A DNA stretch of 32,000 bases from Demequinaceae bacterium (lineage in GTDB: Bacteria > Actinomycetota > Actinomycetes > Actinomycetales > Demequinaceae): contig OZ252279.1 in NCBI GenBank assembly GCA_965250005.1, positions 1,350,001 through 1,382,000 of the forward strand. Reading direction: 5' to 3'. Of the stretch, positions 7,516 through 15,543 are shown piece after piece (within the stretch, counting starts at the first letter, position 1; every line of letters begins with the position of its first letter). The position numbers were made by a program, and so were the translations under genes. Below the pieces are notes generated by a model that was not told the DNA's origin, did no database searches, and saw only the letters and a program-made list of their open reading frames with translations.

Positions 7516-9690
7516 ATGAAAGTAGGAATCACTGGGCGCCTAGCCCGAACTTCCGCGACAAAGCCCTGGGTCACCCTCGGCGCCTGGGCCGCCGTGCTCG
7601 TTGTCGCTCTCTACTTCGCTGGAAGCGTCGAGCAGTACGTCTCGATCGAAGAGAAGAACTACGTCACCACCGAGGCCGACGCTGGCTCTGCGTTGGACTC
7701 CGAGTACCGTCCCGTCGCCACCGGCGACGACTTCCGGGAGACCGTCATCATCTCGTCCACCGACTCGCGCTTTGGCGAGGCGAGCTTTGACGCAGTCGTG
7801 GCCGACGTGGTCGCCGCACTAAATTCCGTGGAGGGAGTCCAGACGGTCCAGTCGCCTGCAGCCGGCACTCCCATGGTTTCGGATTCCGGCTTCGCGGCTC
7901 TCGTCCCACTCACCACTGAGCAAGACGCGGAAGTCATCAAGGACGTGGTCGCGGCAGTCGCCGCCATCGACGCCCCCGACTTCACGCTGTTGCTCTCTGG
8001 CGAGGAGTCTTTCGCGATCGCGTTCGATGCGCTCGCGAGCGAGCAGTTGGCCAAGGGCGAGTCCTTCGGCCTCATTGCAGCCCTCATCATCCTCGTGGTC
8101 GTTTTTGGCGCCTTTGCAGCCGCAGCCCTACCGCTCGGTGTCGCACTCGTCTCGGTCCTGACCACGGTGGGCGCCATTTCACTACTCGGTCGCATCGAAG
8201 TTCTCTACGACGGCGCGCTCACGCTCGCCGCGATGCTCGGGCTTGCGCTCGGCATCGACTACTCGCTCCTGTCGGTCCAGCGGTTCCGCGAGGAGCTCGC
8301 GAAGGGCCACACCGTCATGGACGCCGTGACGATTGCGGGTAACACCGCCAACCGCGCGGTGCTGCTTTCGGGCGCCACCGTGGTCATTTCCATTGGCGGC
8401 ATGTTCCTCATCCCGACCAACACCACGTACGGCGTCGCCATCGGCGTCGCTCTGGTCGCGCTCGTGTCTGTCTGCTCCGCGCTCACACTGCTACCTGCGG
8501 TGCTGCGCCTGATGGGCCACCGCGTCAACAAGGGCAAGGTGCCTACGGCCCACCCCGGCCAGCAGTCGGTGGGGTGGACGCGCATCGCGCGGGCGGTCAT
8601 CGCCAAGCCGGCGGTCTCGGTTGCGATCGGCGTCGGAATCCTCCTGACGCTAGCTGCACCCATCGCCTCGATGCGGGTCGCCAACTCGGGGCCCGACTCA
8701 CTTCCCCAGGACTTCGTCGTTCGCCAGGCGAACACGCTCCTGGTGGAGGAATTCGGGTTCGGTGACTCGGCGACTTTCGTGGCCATCACTGGCGCCGACG
8801 GTGCAACTGCCGAGGTCGAGGCGCTTGCCGCCGCGATCGAGGCAGACGAGGCATACGCTGGCACTACGGTCGACATTCGTGGTTCGGTCGCCTTCATCGA
8901 CACGCACGATCTGTTCGAATCGGACGACAGCCGTTCCAACGAAGCCGTCGAGCGTCTTCGGGCCGAACTGATCCCGGCCGCGCTTGCGGGCACGGATGCG
9001 GTCGCGTACGTCTCCGGCGATCACCCATCCGTCGTCGACGAGATCGAGCTCTTCACGAGCAACGGCTGGAAGGTGTTCGCGGCTGTGCTCGGCGCCAGCT
9101 TCATCCTGCTGACGGTGATGTTCCGGTCCATCGTGATCCCCCTCAAGGCGATCGTGCTGAACCTGCTGGGAGTAGGCGCCGCGTTCGGCGCCCTCGTGGC
9201 GGCGTACCAATACGGCTGGGGCGAGGCCATCGGCCTCCCCGCGGCCGAGGGCATCTCGCCCTACATGCCGGTGTTCATTTTCGCGCTCGTGTTCGGGCTG
9301 TCGATGGACTACCACGTTTTCCTGCTCAGCCGCATCAAGGAGCGCTACGACGAGACTCGCGACAACGAGCGCGCGATCATCGAGGGTGTAGCACGGACGG
9401 GTCCGCTCATTACGGGCGCGGCGATCATCATGGTCGCGGTGTTCGGCGGGTTCGCTGGTGCGGATATCCCCGAGATGTCGCAGTGGGGCTTCGGTCTGGG
9501 CTTCGCCGTCCTGATCGACGCGACCATCATCCGCGTGCTGCTGGTCCCCGCCGCTATGGCGTGGCTTGGCAAGGCCAACTGGTACTTGCCCTCGTGGCTC
9601 CAGTGGCTGCCGCAAGTGCCCATCGAACCGGCCGCTCCTCCGGCACAGGTGGCATCAGAGGAGGAGGAGCGCGAGCCGGCACTCGTGTAA
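7516..9690 (+). CDS. MMPL family (RND superfamily) transporter
   Basis: 724 aa with two 6-TM blocks separated by soluble domains. Motifs 'GIDYSLLSVQRFREEL' and 'GLSMDYHVFLLSRIKE'. The start is chosen at ATG 7516, preceded by AAGGAGAAGG; the ORF track start at 7423 lacks an SD. Confidence 0.9.
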   Translation: MKVGITGRLARTSATKPWVTLGAWAAVLVVALYFAGSVEQYVSIEEKNYVTTEADAGSALDSEYRPVATGDDFRETVIISSTDSRFGEASFDAVVADVVAALNSVEGVQTVQSPAAGTPMVSDSGFAALVPLTTEQDAEVIKDVVAAVAAIDAPDFTLLLSGEESFAIAFDALASEQLAKGESFGLIAALIILVVVFGAFAAAALPLGVALVSVLTTVGAISLLGRIEVLYDGALTLAAMLGLALGIDYSLLSVQRFREELAKGHTVMDAVTIAGNTANRAVLLSGATVVISIGGMFLIPTNTTYGVAIGVALVALVSVCSALTLLPAVLRLMGHRVNKGKVPTAHPGQQSVGWTRIARAVIAKPAVSVAIGVGILLTLAAPIASMRVANSGPDSLPQDFVVRQANTLLVEEFGFGDSATFVAITGADGATAEVEALAAAIEADEAYAGTTVDIRGSVAFIDTHDLFESDDSRSNEAVERLRAELIPAALAGTDAVAYVSGDHPSVVDEIELFTSNGWKVFAAVLGASFILLTVMFRSIVIPLKAIVLNLLGVGAAFGALVAAYQYGWGEAIGLPAAEGISPYMPVFIFALVFGLSMDYHVFLLSRIKERYDETRDNERAIIEGVARTGPLITGAAIIMVAVFGGFAGADIPEMSQWGFGLGFAVLIDATIIRVLLVPAAMAWLGKANWYLPSWLQWLPQVPIEPAAPPAQVASEEEEREPALV

Positions 9691-9704
9691 CTCCGACTCA
9701 CTGG

Positions 9705-9737
9705 CGGCCCGTCCCCCTTGGGGGGGCGGGCCGTTTG
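9705..9737 (+). terminator. intrinsic terminator-like hairpin after the MMPL gene
   Basis: cggcccgtccccc-ttg-ggggggcgggccg forms a 13-bp stem with one mismatch, followed by tttg. It starts 15 nt after the stop codon. Confidence 0.6.
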
Positions 9738-9887
9738 CCTACCGGGGTGCTACTGCGCGAGCATTGACCTACCAATTGCGCAGTCCCGTCGGTGACAATC
9801 AGACACGAATACGACCGGTCATTGGATGTCCAGGTTTTGCTCGTGGGCAGGAGAAACTGCAAGTACGCGTGGGGATTGGCCGGACGA

Positions 9888-10700
9888 CTAACCGTGAGTC
9901 CCGCACGCATCGAATAGCTCCTGCAGCGCGTCCCGCACGACTGCTCCGGGCTGGAATTCCACGTACTCGAGTTGGGCCCCATCAACCGAGACCCAGGCGG
10001 GAAAAACGAACGTCTTCTTGCTCTCCGCAAACGCATGCGGGTCGCACCGTGACGCCACGATCGTGACCGGAATCTCCAGGGAACGGGCGTCAGATTCCAA
10101 CTCCACAGGCAACGCTCCAGCGTCTGGCACCAACGTGAAAATGATGTTTCCCCGCACCTCGACAACCGTGACCGGCGCGGCACTTGATCCCCGCGTGAAC
10201 ACGATGGTGGTCCGAACCTCCGTCGCGGAAGCAGTCAGCGCGTCCCCGAACGTTGGCTCAGCCACATCGGTCACGGCCTGCCTCGCACATTCTGTCGCAT
10301 TGATCTTCGCGAGTACATCGACCGCGAGCGCGACTCGCGACTCGGTCAAGACACCGTCGACGTCAACCTCTATATCGACGACGGTAACTCCCGAACCCGG
10401 CGGGCACACAGCATCCCCCAGCGGCACCCGCACTCGCGCTATGTGGCCGGCGAAGACGCGAACGTTTTGCTCGGCGGCATCGGTTGCCGCGAAGTACGGA
10501 GACGACAGCGTGGCGGATGTGATCACGGCATCGGCGTCAGCGTCGGCGGTGAATTGTAGCTCCACTTGGCGCTCCGCCTGAAGTGTCCGTGGATACGCCA
10601 CCCCGCCCGTCGCGTCGAGCGAGAAGTCAGCCGCCGTCCCGCTCGCGCACGCCGCGACCGCCGACGCGGCGGCGAGCACCACCGCCCCTAGAACTCTCAT
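9888..10700 (-). CDS. predicted lipoprotein of unknown function
   Basis: Signal peptide with lipobox 'SAVAAC'. The protein is Ala/Val/Thr-rich and beta-strand-like, with four further Cys residues. I recognise no family. Confidence 0.65.
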   Translation of the reverse strand: MRVLGAVVLAAASAVAACASGTAADFSLDATGGVAYPRTLQAERQVELQFTADADADAVITSATLSSPYFAATDAAEQNVRVFAGHIARVRVPLGDAVCPPGSGVTVVDIEVDVDGVLTESRVALAVDVLAKINATECARQAVTDVAEPTFGDALTASATEVRTTIVFTRGSSAAPVTVVEVRGNIIFTLVPDAGALPVELESDARSLEIPVTIVASRCDPHAFAESKKTFVFPAWVSVDGAQLEYVEFQPGAVVRDALQELFDACGTHG

Positions 10701-10801
10701 CTACCGATTCTTGCATCGCAGTCCTCAGCGCACTGCCGCCAAAGTGCGCGTACGCACGCGGGCCTGCGCGTAGATAGCGCACCCTGGGCCAGAATGGGGC
10801 C

Positions 10802-11728
10802 ATGAGAGACATCGTTGTGATCGAGAACGAGCACTGGCGCATTGGGCTGGTGCCGGGGACGGGCGGCGCAGTTGCCTTCGGCCAGGCGCGCGCAAACGAT
10901 ACCTGGGTCGACGTACTCCGCCCAACGCCAAACGACAAACTTCACCTCCCGAGCAAGACCGCCTCCTTCCCGCTGGTGCCATGGTCGAGCAGGATCCGAC
11001 ACGGCTCACTCCTGTGGGACGGCGAGGCGTACGCCCTGCGTAAGCGCATGGGCGAGGACTTCTCCATACACGGGACAGCGGTGGAATTCGACTGGGAAGT
11101 TGTCGAACGAGAGGCCCATCGCGTCGTTCTTCGGTTCGATGCGCGCGGGTACTACGGCGTCAACTGGCCGTGGGACTTTGTCGCACGGTTCGAATATGCC
11201 CTCGACGGAGCCGCTTTCCTGTGGCGAATGTCGATTGAAAACGTCGACGACGCGACGTTCCCTGCCGGAATTGGCCACCACCCATACTTTGTGCGCGCGC
11301 TCACCGATCAAGCCGGCGGAGCCTTGGGTAGCGAGGCACACTTGCAAATCAATTGTGAAAAGGGATACGAACTAGAGAACGGTATGGCGTTCGATGCGGC
11401 TGGCCCGCTGCCCGCACACGCGGACTTCCGCGAAATGCGGGAACTCGGCTCGACCCACGTTGACGACTGCCTCACTCGCCGCACGAGCCCCCTCGCTGCG
11501 AGCATCGAGTACCCCGGCGTGCTTGCCGTTGACATGAAGGCGGACGACCTCCTCAGTCACGTGGTGGTCTACCTGCCCAAGGGCCAGGAGTATTTCGCGG
11601 TCGAGCCTGTCAGCAACGCCGCCGACGGCTTCACGCTCCACGCCAAGGGAGTTCCGGACGTCGGCGTCTTCACCGTGGACCCAGGAGCAACAACCACCGC
11701 GGAATTCACGCTGACGCTGCGCGACTAG
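10802..11728 (+). CDS. aldose 1-epimerase (galactose mutarotase-like) family protein
   Basis: 'FPLVPWSSRIRHGSL..DGEAY', 'IHGTAVEFDWEV' and 'GIGHHPYF' are motifs characteristic of the aldose epimerase fold. Confidence 0.8.
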   Translation: MRDIVVIENEHWRIGLVPGTGGAVAFGQARANDTWVDVLRPTPNDKLHLPSKTASFPLVPWSSRIRHGSLLWDGEAYALRKRMGEDFSIHGTAVEFDWEVVEREAHRVVLRFDARGYYGVNWPWDFVARFEYALDGAAFLWRMSIENVDDATFPAGIGHHPYFVRALTDQAGGALGSEAHLQINCEKGYELENGMAFDAAGPLPAHADFREMRELGSTHVDDCLTRRTSPLAASIEYPGVLAVDMKADDLLSHVVVYLPKGQEYFAVEPVSNAADGFTLHAKGVPDVGVFTVDPGATTTAEFTLTLRD

Positions 11729-12756
11729 CGACCCGAACCTTGCACTGAGCCCGTCTCGTCAGACCCGTGAGTCACGATGCACATGACCCATGTGTCACCG
11801 GATGCCCAGGCTGACTGCGGGGGGAAGTAGGAGTCCATCCATAGGTCTGACGACCAGTAGTCGGTGTTGACGTAACCGCGGAACTGCTCTTCGCATCGCG
11901 TGAATAGTGCCGCCGCGGCGCTCGTGTCACCAGGATACGCCAAGCCAGGTGCGCGATCCATAAGGATGACTTCTGAGCCGTGCCCCTCGGAACACGACAC
12001 CACCTGGAACTGCCATGGGTTGTTGTCGGTGCCAAGTACCTGTCTCGTCACCAACGGGTCGACCATGCAGTCGCCTGCGTTCACCTGCGCAGCCGAGACG
12101 GAATCAAAGCTCGCCGCATTGGCCGGCACCTCAAGTATCTCCTCGTCGAAGAAACTGAATAGCGTAGCCAAGAACGTCGCAACCAGAACGGCGAACCCAA
12201 TGCTTCCAGCCAGGATGACGTATCCCGTCGACAGACCAGCGACCGCCTGTCCGCGACCCGCCGCCCCCCGGTTCGCCGCTCGGAGCCCTGCATGGCCAGT
12301 CAGTATCGCCGAAATCGACGCGATGATCGCGCCGATAAGCGTGGCAATGGTGAAGAAGCCAAGAACCGCGAGGCCGAAGAGAATTGCCGCGAAAACTCCC
12401 ATGTACAGAGCGCGGTCAGCTGTGAGGTTGGAGGTTGGCTTCCCGCTTGGCATCCAACTTTGCGTCGAAACCCCGCCTGGCGCGACACCGGGTCTGCCGA
12501 CGAACTGCCCCGGTGGCGCTTCTAGGGGATCGGCTGCGCCAAATTGCCCCTGCGGTGTCGCTGCTCCGAACTGGCTCGACTGCACTTGCGCGACGGGAGC
12601 GCCGATTGGCGGACCCTGCTCGCCAAACTGGCCAGCTTCCGTCGGCGCAGGTGGGGGAACATATTCCTCAAATAGCTGCTCCGGCGGAGGCGGAGGCGAA
12701 TCCTTAAGCGGATCAATCTCGCCGGGCTCAAAGTTAACTTGAGGTGGATTGGGCAT
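11725..12756 (-). CDS. membrane protein: Pro/Gln-rich N-terminus, DUF4190-like 2-3 TM anchor, C-terminal septum-formation-like four-Cys domain
   Basis: The N-terminus contains QFG repeats. The anchor reads 'LTGHAGLRAANRGAAGRGQAVAGLSTGYVILAG'. The C-terminus reads 'GDCMVDP...VVSCSEGHGSEVI...FTRCEEQFRGYV...WVMCIV'. Confidence 0.8.
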   Translation of the reverse strand: MPNPPQVNFEPGEIDPLKDSPPPPPEQLFEEYVPPPAPTEAGQFGEQGPPIGAPVAQVQSSQFGAATPQGQFGAADPLEAPPGQFVGRPGVAPGGVSTQSWMPSGKPTSNLTADRALYMGVFAAILFGLAVLGFFTIATLIGAIIASISAILTGHAGLRAANRGAAGRGQAVAGLSTGYVILAGSIGFAVLVATFLATLFSFFDEEILEVPANAASFDSVSAAQVNAGDCMVDPLVTRQVLGTDNNPWQFQVVSCSEGHGSEVILMDRAPGLAYPGDTSAAAALFTRCEEQFRGYVNTDYWSSDLWMDSYFPPQSAWASGDTWVMCIVTHGSDETGSVQGSGR

Positions 12757-12780
12757 CGTCTCTCCTTCGAGGGCAGGCCG

Positions 12781-13098
12781 CTAGCCTGCCCGGCCTTCTA
12801 GCGTCCAGGCCACGCACTCGAGGAAGTCGTCTACCTCCGCGGCGCTGAACCCACCCCGCTTACCGGAGTGAACGAACTCGTGCTGCCTCACGTCCCACGC
12901 CGTCACCGGCGCTACGTATCCCGCCATGGCGGCCGCAACCGTGTCCAAGAACTCATCCACTTCATCGGGGTCGTACCCCTTGCCAAGTTTGTGTGCCTTG
13001 AACGACATCGCAAGAACGTCGTCGGGGCCGAGGGGACCGTGCACTGAGCAATCGTCGTGCGGACGAATACGGCTGACACCAAACAGTGCGATCACCAC
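12781..13098 (-). CDS. DivIVA-domain-containing small protein (two tandem DivIVA N-terminal-type motifs)
   Basis: 'PDDVLAMSFKAHKLGKGYDPDEVDEFLDTV' is followed by a second copy, 'VRQHEFVHSGKRGGFSAAEVDDFLECV'. GTG starts at 13098 and 13095 directly follow GGGAGAG. Confidence 0.75.
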   Translation of the reverse strand: MVIALFGVSRIRPHDDCSVHGPLGPDDVLAMSFKAHKLGKGYDPDEVDEFLDTVAAAMAGYVAPVTAWDVRQHEFVHSGKRGGFSAAEVDDFLECVAWTLEGRAG

Positions 13099-13158
13099 CT
13101 CTCCCTATGGTCCTACTATGCTTTGGCATACAGCGGCGCCCGTCAAGGTGCGCCACTC

Positions 13159-13229
13159 GCGGGTGTAGTTCAATGGTAGAACTTCAGCTTCCCAAGCTGA
13201 TAGCGCGGGTTCGATTCCCGTCACCCGCT
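13159..13229 (+). tRNA. tRNA-Gly (anticodon CCC)
   Basis: Cloverleaf folded by hand: acceptor GCGGGTG/CACCCGC, D arm GTTC-AATGGTA-GAAC, anticodon arm TCAGC-TTCCCAA-GCTGA, T arm GCGGG-TTCGATT-CCCGT, discriminator T. CCA is not encoded. Confidence 0.9.
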
Positions 13230-13258
13230 CCGGTGATGGCACGTCCGTGGCTACGGTC

Positions 13259-14145
13259 CTAGAACCCTGAGTCGCGGAACGAACGGTTTGACTCCTCGTC
13301 CTCCTCGACCAACAGGCACACGAACTGGTGATTCCCGCCGTACCACCAAAAGTCCGCGAGGTAGAGCGCATCGAAGTAGAGAGCCGAGTCTTGCCATTGC
13401 GCGCCCACATATGCCTCGAAGGGCGCGCCGATACAGATGCTCTCAAGGTGGTAATTGTACGTCGCGTCGTTCGGCGCGTCCTCACCTGAGATAGCCGTCA
13501 CGACAAAGACCTCACCTTAGTGCGATCCCGTGCACGGAACAATCTCGACCCCATCGAGCACAACTATCTCGTCGAGGTCGATGCTCGGCGGGTAGAAGTC
13601 AAGAACGCAGTCTCCGACCGTCAATCCATACCAAGCTTCGGAAGACTCCAGACTTGAGTCAAGCACTCTCGATGTATCAACTTCTTCGCTGGCCGGGTTC
13701 AGGTCGTCCAGTTCCGGCGATGCGTCTTCAATACCCTCAGCGATGGGTTGAAGCCCCGAGCCCTGGTTACCGTGGTCGGTTTGCCCCAGCGTCCAGCCAC
13801 CAAGGATCACACCGAAAATATCAAGAGGACGACCGCCCCGACGGGAGCATAGTTGATCACAAGCGCCGTAATCCCTAGTCCTTTGTTGGTGGCCTCGCCG
13901 TCGTTGGCGGCATTGATCGCGCCATGACCGAGGAAGATCCCAATGATCCCGCCGCCAATGAGCCAGATGACAAGCGAAACGATCACCATCCAGTTTTTGG
14001 CCGTCGACGGAACTCCTGATCCGGAGTAGCCGGGGCCCGGGGGTTCCGGGGGCGGGGCGAACGTGGGCGTGACAGTTGGCCCCGTTGGAGTAGGCGCTGG
14101 GGGGCGAACGGTGCGTGCGCGTCGGGATCGACAGGTAGCGCGCAT
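13259..14145 (-). pseudogene. decayed DUF4190 / septum-formation-domain paralog (one frameshift plus one in-frame TAA; possibly more lesions toward 14222)
   Basis: Three ORF fragments are collinear with the intact paralogs. Fragment 14145-13807 is the DUF4190 anchor ('AKNWMVIVSL..GIFLGHGAINAANDGEATNKGLG'). Fragment ~13815-13517, in another frame, reads 'FGVILGG...GDCVLD...VPCTGSH*'. Fragment 13501-13259, in the same frame as the previous piece, reads '...CIGAPFEAYVG...FVCLL'. Confidence 0.75.
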
Positions 14146-14391
14146 GCGCCTGGCAACTTCCGTTCTTTGGCGGTTTGCGGCCGAAAACTGTCCCCATCTG
14201 GACCCAGTGGCGGCAACGACAAATGTTTCTCCTGACTTCCGACGCTCTGATGCTATCTATTCCGAGGGCCAGCCACAGCCTGTGGCGAGGTCTCTAAACC
14301 CAAGGCGGGCGTCCGTGCGTGTCGCACCAAAGTGCGGTGCGCATGCCGCCGTACCGTGGTTGCATCTCCTCAGATAGCGTGCGGAGCCCAG

Positions 14392-14428
14392 CGAAGGCCC
14401 CTCGGAGTAAGCGTCCGAGGGGCCTTCG
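14392..14428 (-). terminator. 15-bp GC-rich hairpin 15 nt downstream of the 14444-14995 gene (copy 1 of a duplicated element)
   Basis: cgaaggcccctcgga-gtaagcg-tccgaggggccttcg is a perfect stem. On the + strand it is followed by tggttttcg; on the - strand there is no U-tract. Confidence 0.5.
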
Positions 14429-14443
14429 TGGTTTTCGTGCAAC

Positions 14444-14995
14444 CTATCGCGAGCAGTTGACCGTGTCGGTCAGGCCCGACGCCGCACCATACGAGACCAC
14501 ACCTGTGGTTCCGCCGTCAAAATGGATGGTCACACACCAATCGCTTGCGGTTCGGATGTTGGAGTCGACCTGCGGGTTCGCAATGCTTACGTTCCAAGTG
14601 GCATAGCCACCGCTAGCAGTTCCAACCGAGTACTGGCCGTCCGAATGGAAGAACTCCGGAGGTTCGACGCCGTCGACCCACCAAGTCGCGACCTCCTTGC
14701 CCGCCGTGGCAATATCAGCACGCGCCGCAGCTTGGTCAGCCCTGTCACTTTGCACAAGGAGCGCAGGAAATATGACGCCGAAAAGCAATCCGAAGCCGGC
14801 TACGAGGCCAAAATACCCGAGGATTACGCCAGCGAGCGACAGCCCGCGGTTGTTCGCTTCGCCGCGCTTGTGGGCGTTCAGGCCCAGGTGACCAAAAATG
14901 ATGCCGCCCAACGAGACTCCTAGCACGCCCGCAATGAGCGCGGCCATGCCGATCCAATTCTTTGCCTCTGGATTGGCCGCAACCGGTGCTGTCAT
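14444..14995 (-). CDS. DUF4190-like membrane protein with a distinct C-terminal extracytoplasmic domain
   Basis: Start ATG 14995 is preceded by AGGGGG with a 4-nt spacer (MTAPVAANPEAKNW...). The anchor 'GIIFGHLGLNAHKRGEANNRGLSLAGVILG' is homologous to that of the pseudogene. The 264-aa ORF track start at 15238 has an implausible Arg-rich extension. Confidence 0.8.
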   Translation of the reverse strand: MTAPVAANPEAKNWIGMAALIAGVLGVSLGGIIFGHLGLNAHKRGEANNRGLSLAGVILGYFGLVAGFGLLFGVIFPALLVQSDRADQAAARADIATAGKEVATWWVDGVEPPEFFHSDGQYSVGTASGGYATWNVSIANPQVDSNIRTASDWCVTIHFDGGTTGVVSYGAASGLTDTVNCSR

Positions 14996-15100
14996 GTTTC
15001 CCCCTACGTCCTTATCAAATGTGTGTGACGAACCTAGCGGTTGCGGGGCAACGCCGCGCACCAAAGCAACTTCGCGCCAGTCGCAAATGTCCCAGGCACG

Positions 15101-15136
15101 GCGAAGGCCCCTCGGAGTAAGCGTCCGAGGGGCCTT
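15101..15136. repeat. copy 2 of the 36-nt hairpin element (identical core to 14391-14426)
   Basis: gcgaaggcccctcggagtaagcgtccgaggggcctt is identical at both sites, which lie 710 bp apart. Confidence 0.85.
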
Positions 15137-15453
15137 GCCATGACCGCGAGTTCTCGTTCCGCCGGCAAGCCGACGACCCAACTGCCGCGATTGACGATGC
15201 GGCCTCACGCCTTGCGACGTGACCTCTTGGTCCACCACCCGGGCCCGTCAGACCCTGTGCCGTCACCCACAGTTTTCAGCTTCCCCCCGAGGGGTTCTGC
15301 CTCAACGTGGACTGCCGTTGTCCGGATGGTCCGAGACTCGTCCTCACCAGACATCCCGGTCGCCCGGTCAATCCTTTGCGGCAATTCGTCGTCTCGATAC
15401 CTCTAGGTCTAGTCCTCTCTGATTCGGGGCGCAAGCCGAAATCGACACAAATT

Positions 15454-15543
15454 TTGTCCACCGGTCTGTCCACCGGTCTATCCACCGGAATCCCCTCATA
15501 GCGCGGAGTTTTGCACACAGGTGTGGACGAAATTTGTGGATAG
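15454..15543. promoter_or_regulatory. cluster of five DnaA-box-like 9-mers (three direct at 12-bp phasing, two inverted)
   Basis: Direct copies: TTGTCCACC 15454-15462, CTGTCCACC 15466-15474, CTATCCACC 15478-15486. Reverse-strand copies: TCGTCCACA (15522-15530) and CTATCCACA (15535-15543). Each matches TTGTCCACA or TTATCCACA at 7-8 of 9 positions. Confidence 0.4.

Noticed and set aside
11725-11728. Convergent genes whose stop codons share the palindromic tetranucleotide CTAG (a 4-nt overlap).
   Set aside because: The overlap is real but trivial. It is a common consequence of TAG stops on both strands and has no evident regulatory meaning.
13807-13830. Programmed -1 ribosomal frameshift at the T-run joining the two frames of the DUF4190 paralog.
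   Set aside because: The same gene also carries an in-frame TAA 300 nt downstream and probable N-terminal frame disruptions. No X-XXY-YYZ slippery heptamer with a downstream structure is evident. Decay or sequencing error is the simpler explanation.
13159-14233. tRNA-Gly as the attachment site of an integrated element, with the broken gene lying 3' of the tRNA.
   Set aside because: I could find no integrase, excisionase or phage/plasmid genes and no direct repeat of the tRNA 3' end. The adjacent sequence is a decayed copy of a resident gene family.
15137-15450. Known structured RNA (RNase P RNA, tmRNA, SRP RNA, 6C, or a cobalamin or other riboswitch) in the long non-coding gap.
   Set aside because: I looked on both strands for hallmark motifs: GAGGAAAGTCCGG for RNase P, the tRNA-like end of tmRNA, the B12 box and C-rich 6C loops. 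I found none. A novel sRNA cannot be excluded without covariance-model searches (cmscan against Rfam).
15454-15486. Possibility that the tandem 12-bp repeats are a CRISPR array.
   Set aside because: The units are contiguous with no spacers, only 12 bp long and present in only three copies. No cas genes are in the window.
15307-15501. A 64-aa ORF containing the repeat 'STGLSTGLSTG', and overlapping minus-strand ORFs with 'DRPVDRPVD' / 'DRWTDRWT'.
   Set aside because: The peptide repeats are simply translations of the 12-bp DNA tandem repeat in three frames. There is no SD and the composition is implausible, so I treat the repeat as a DNA-level feature.
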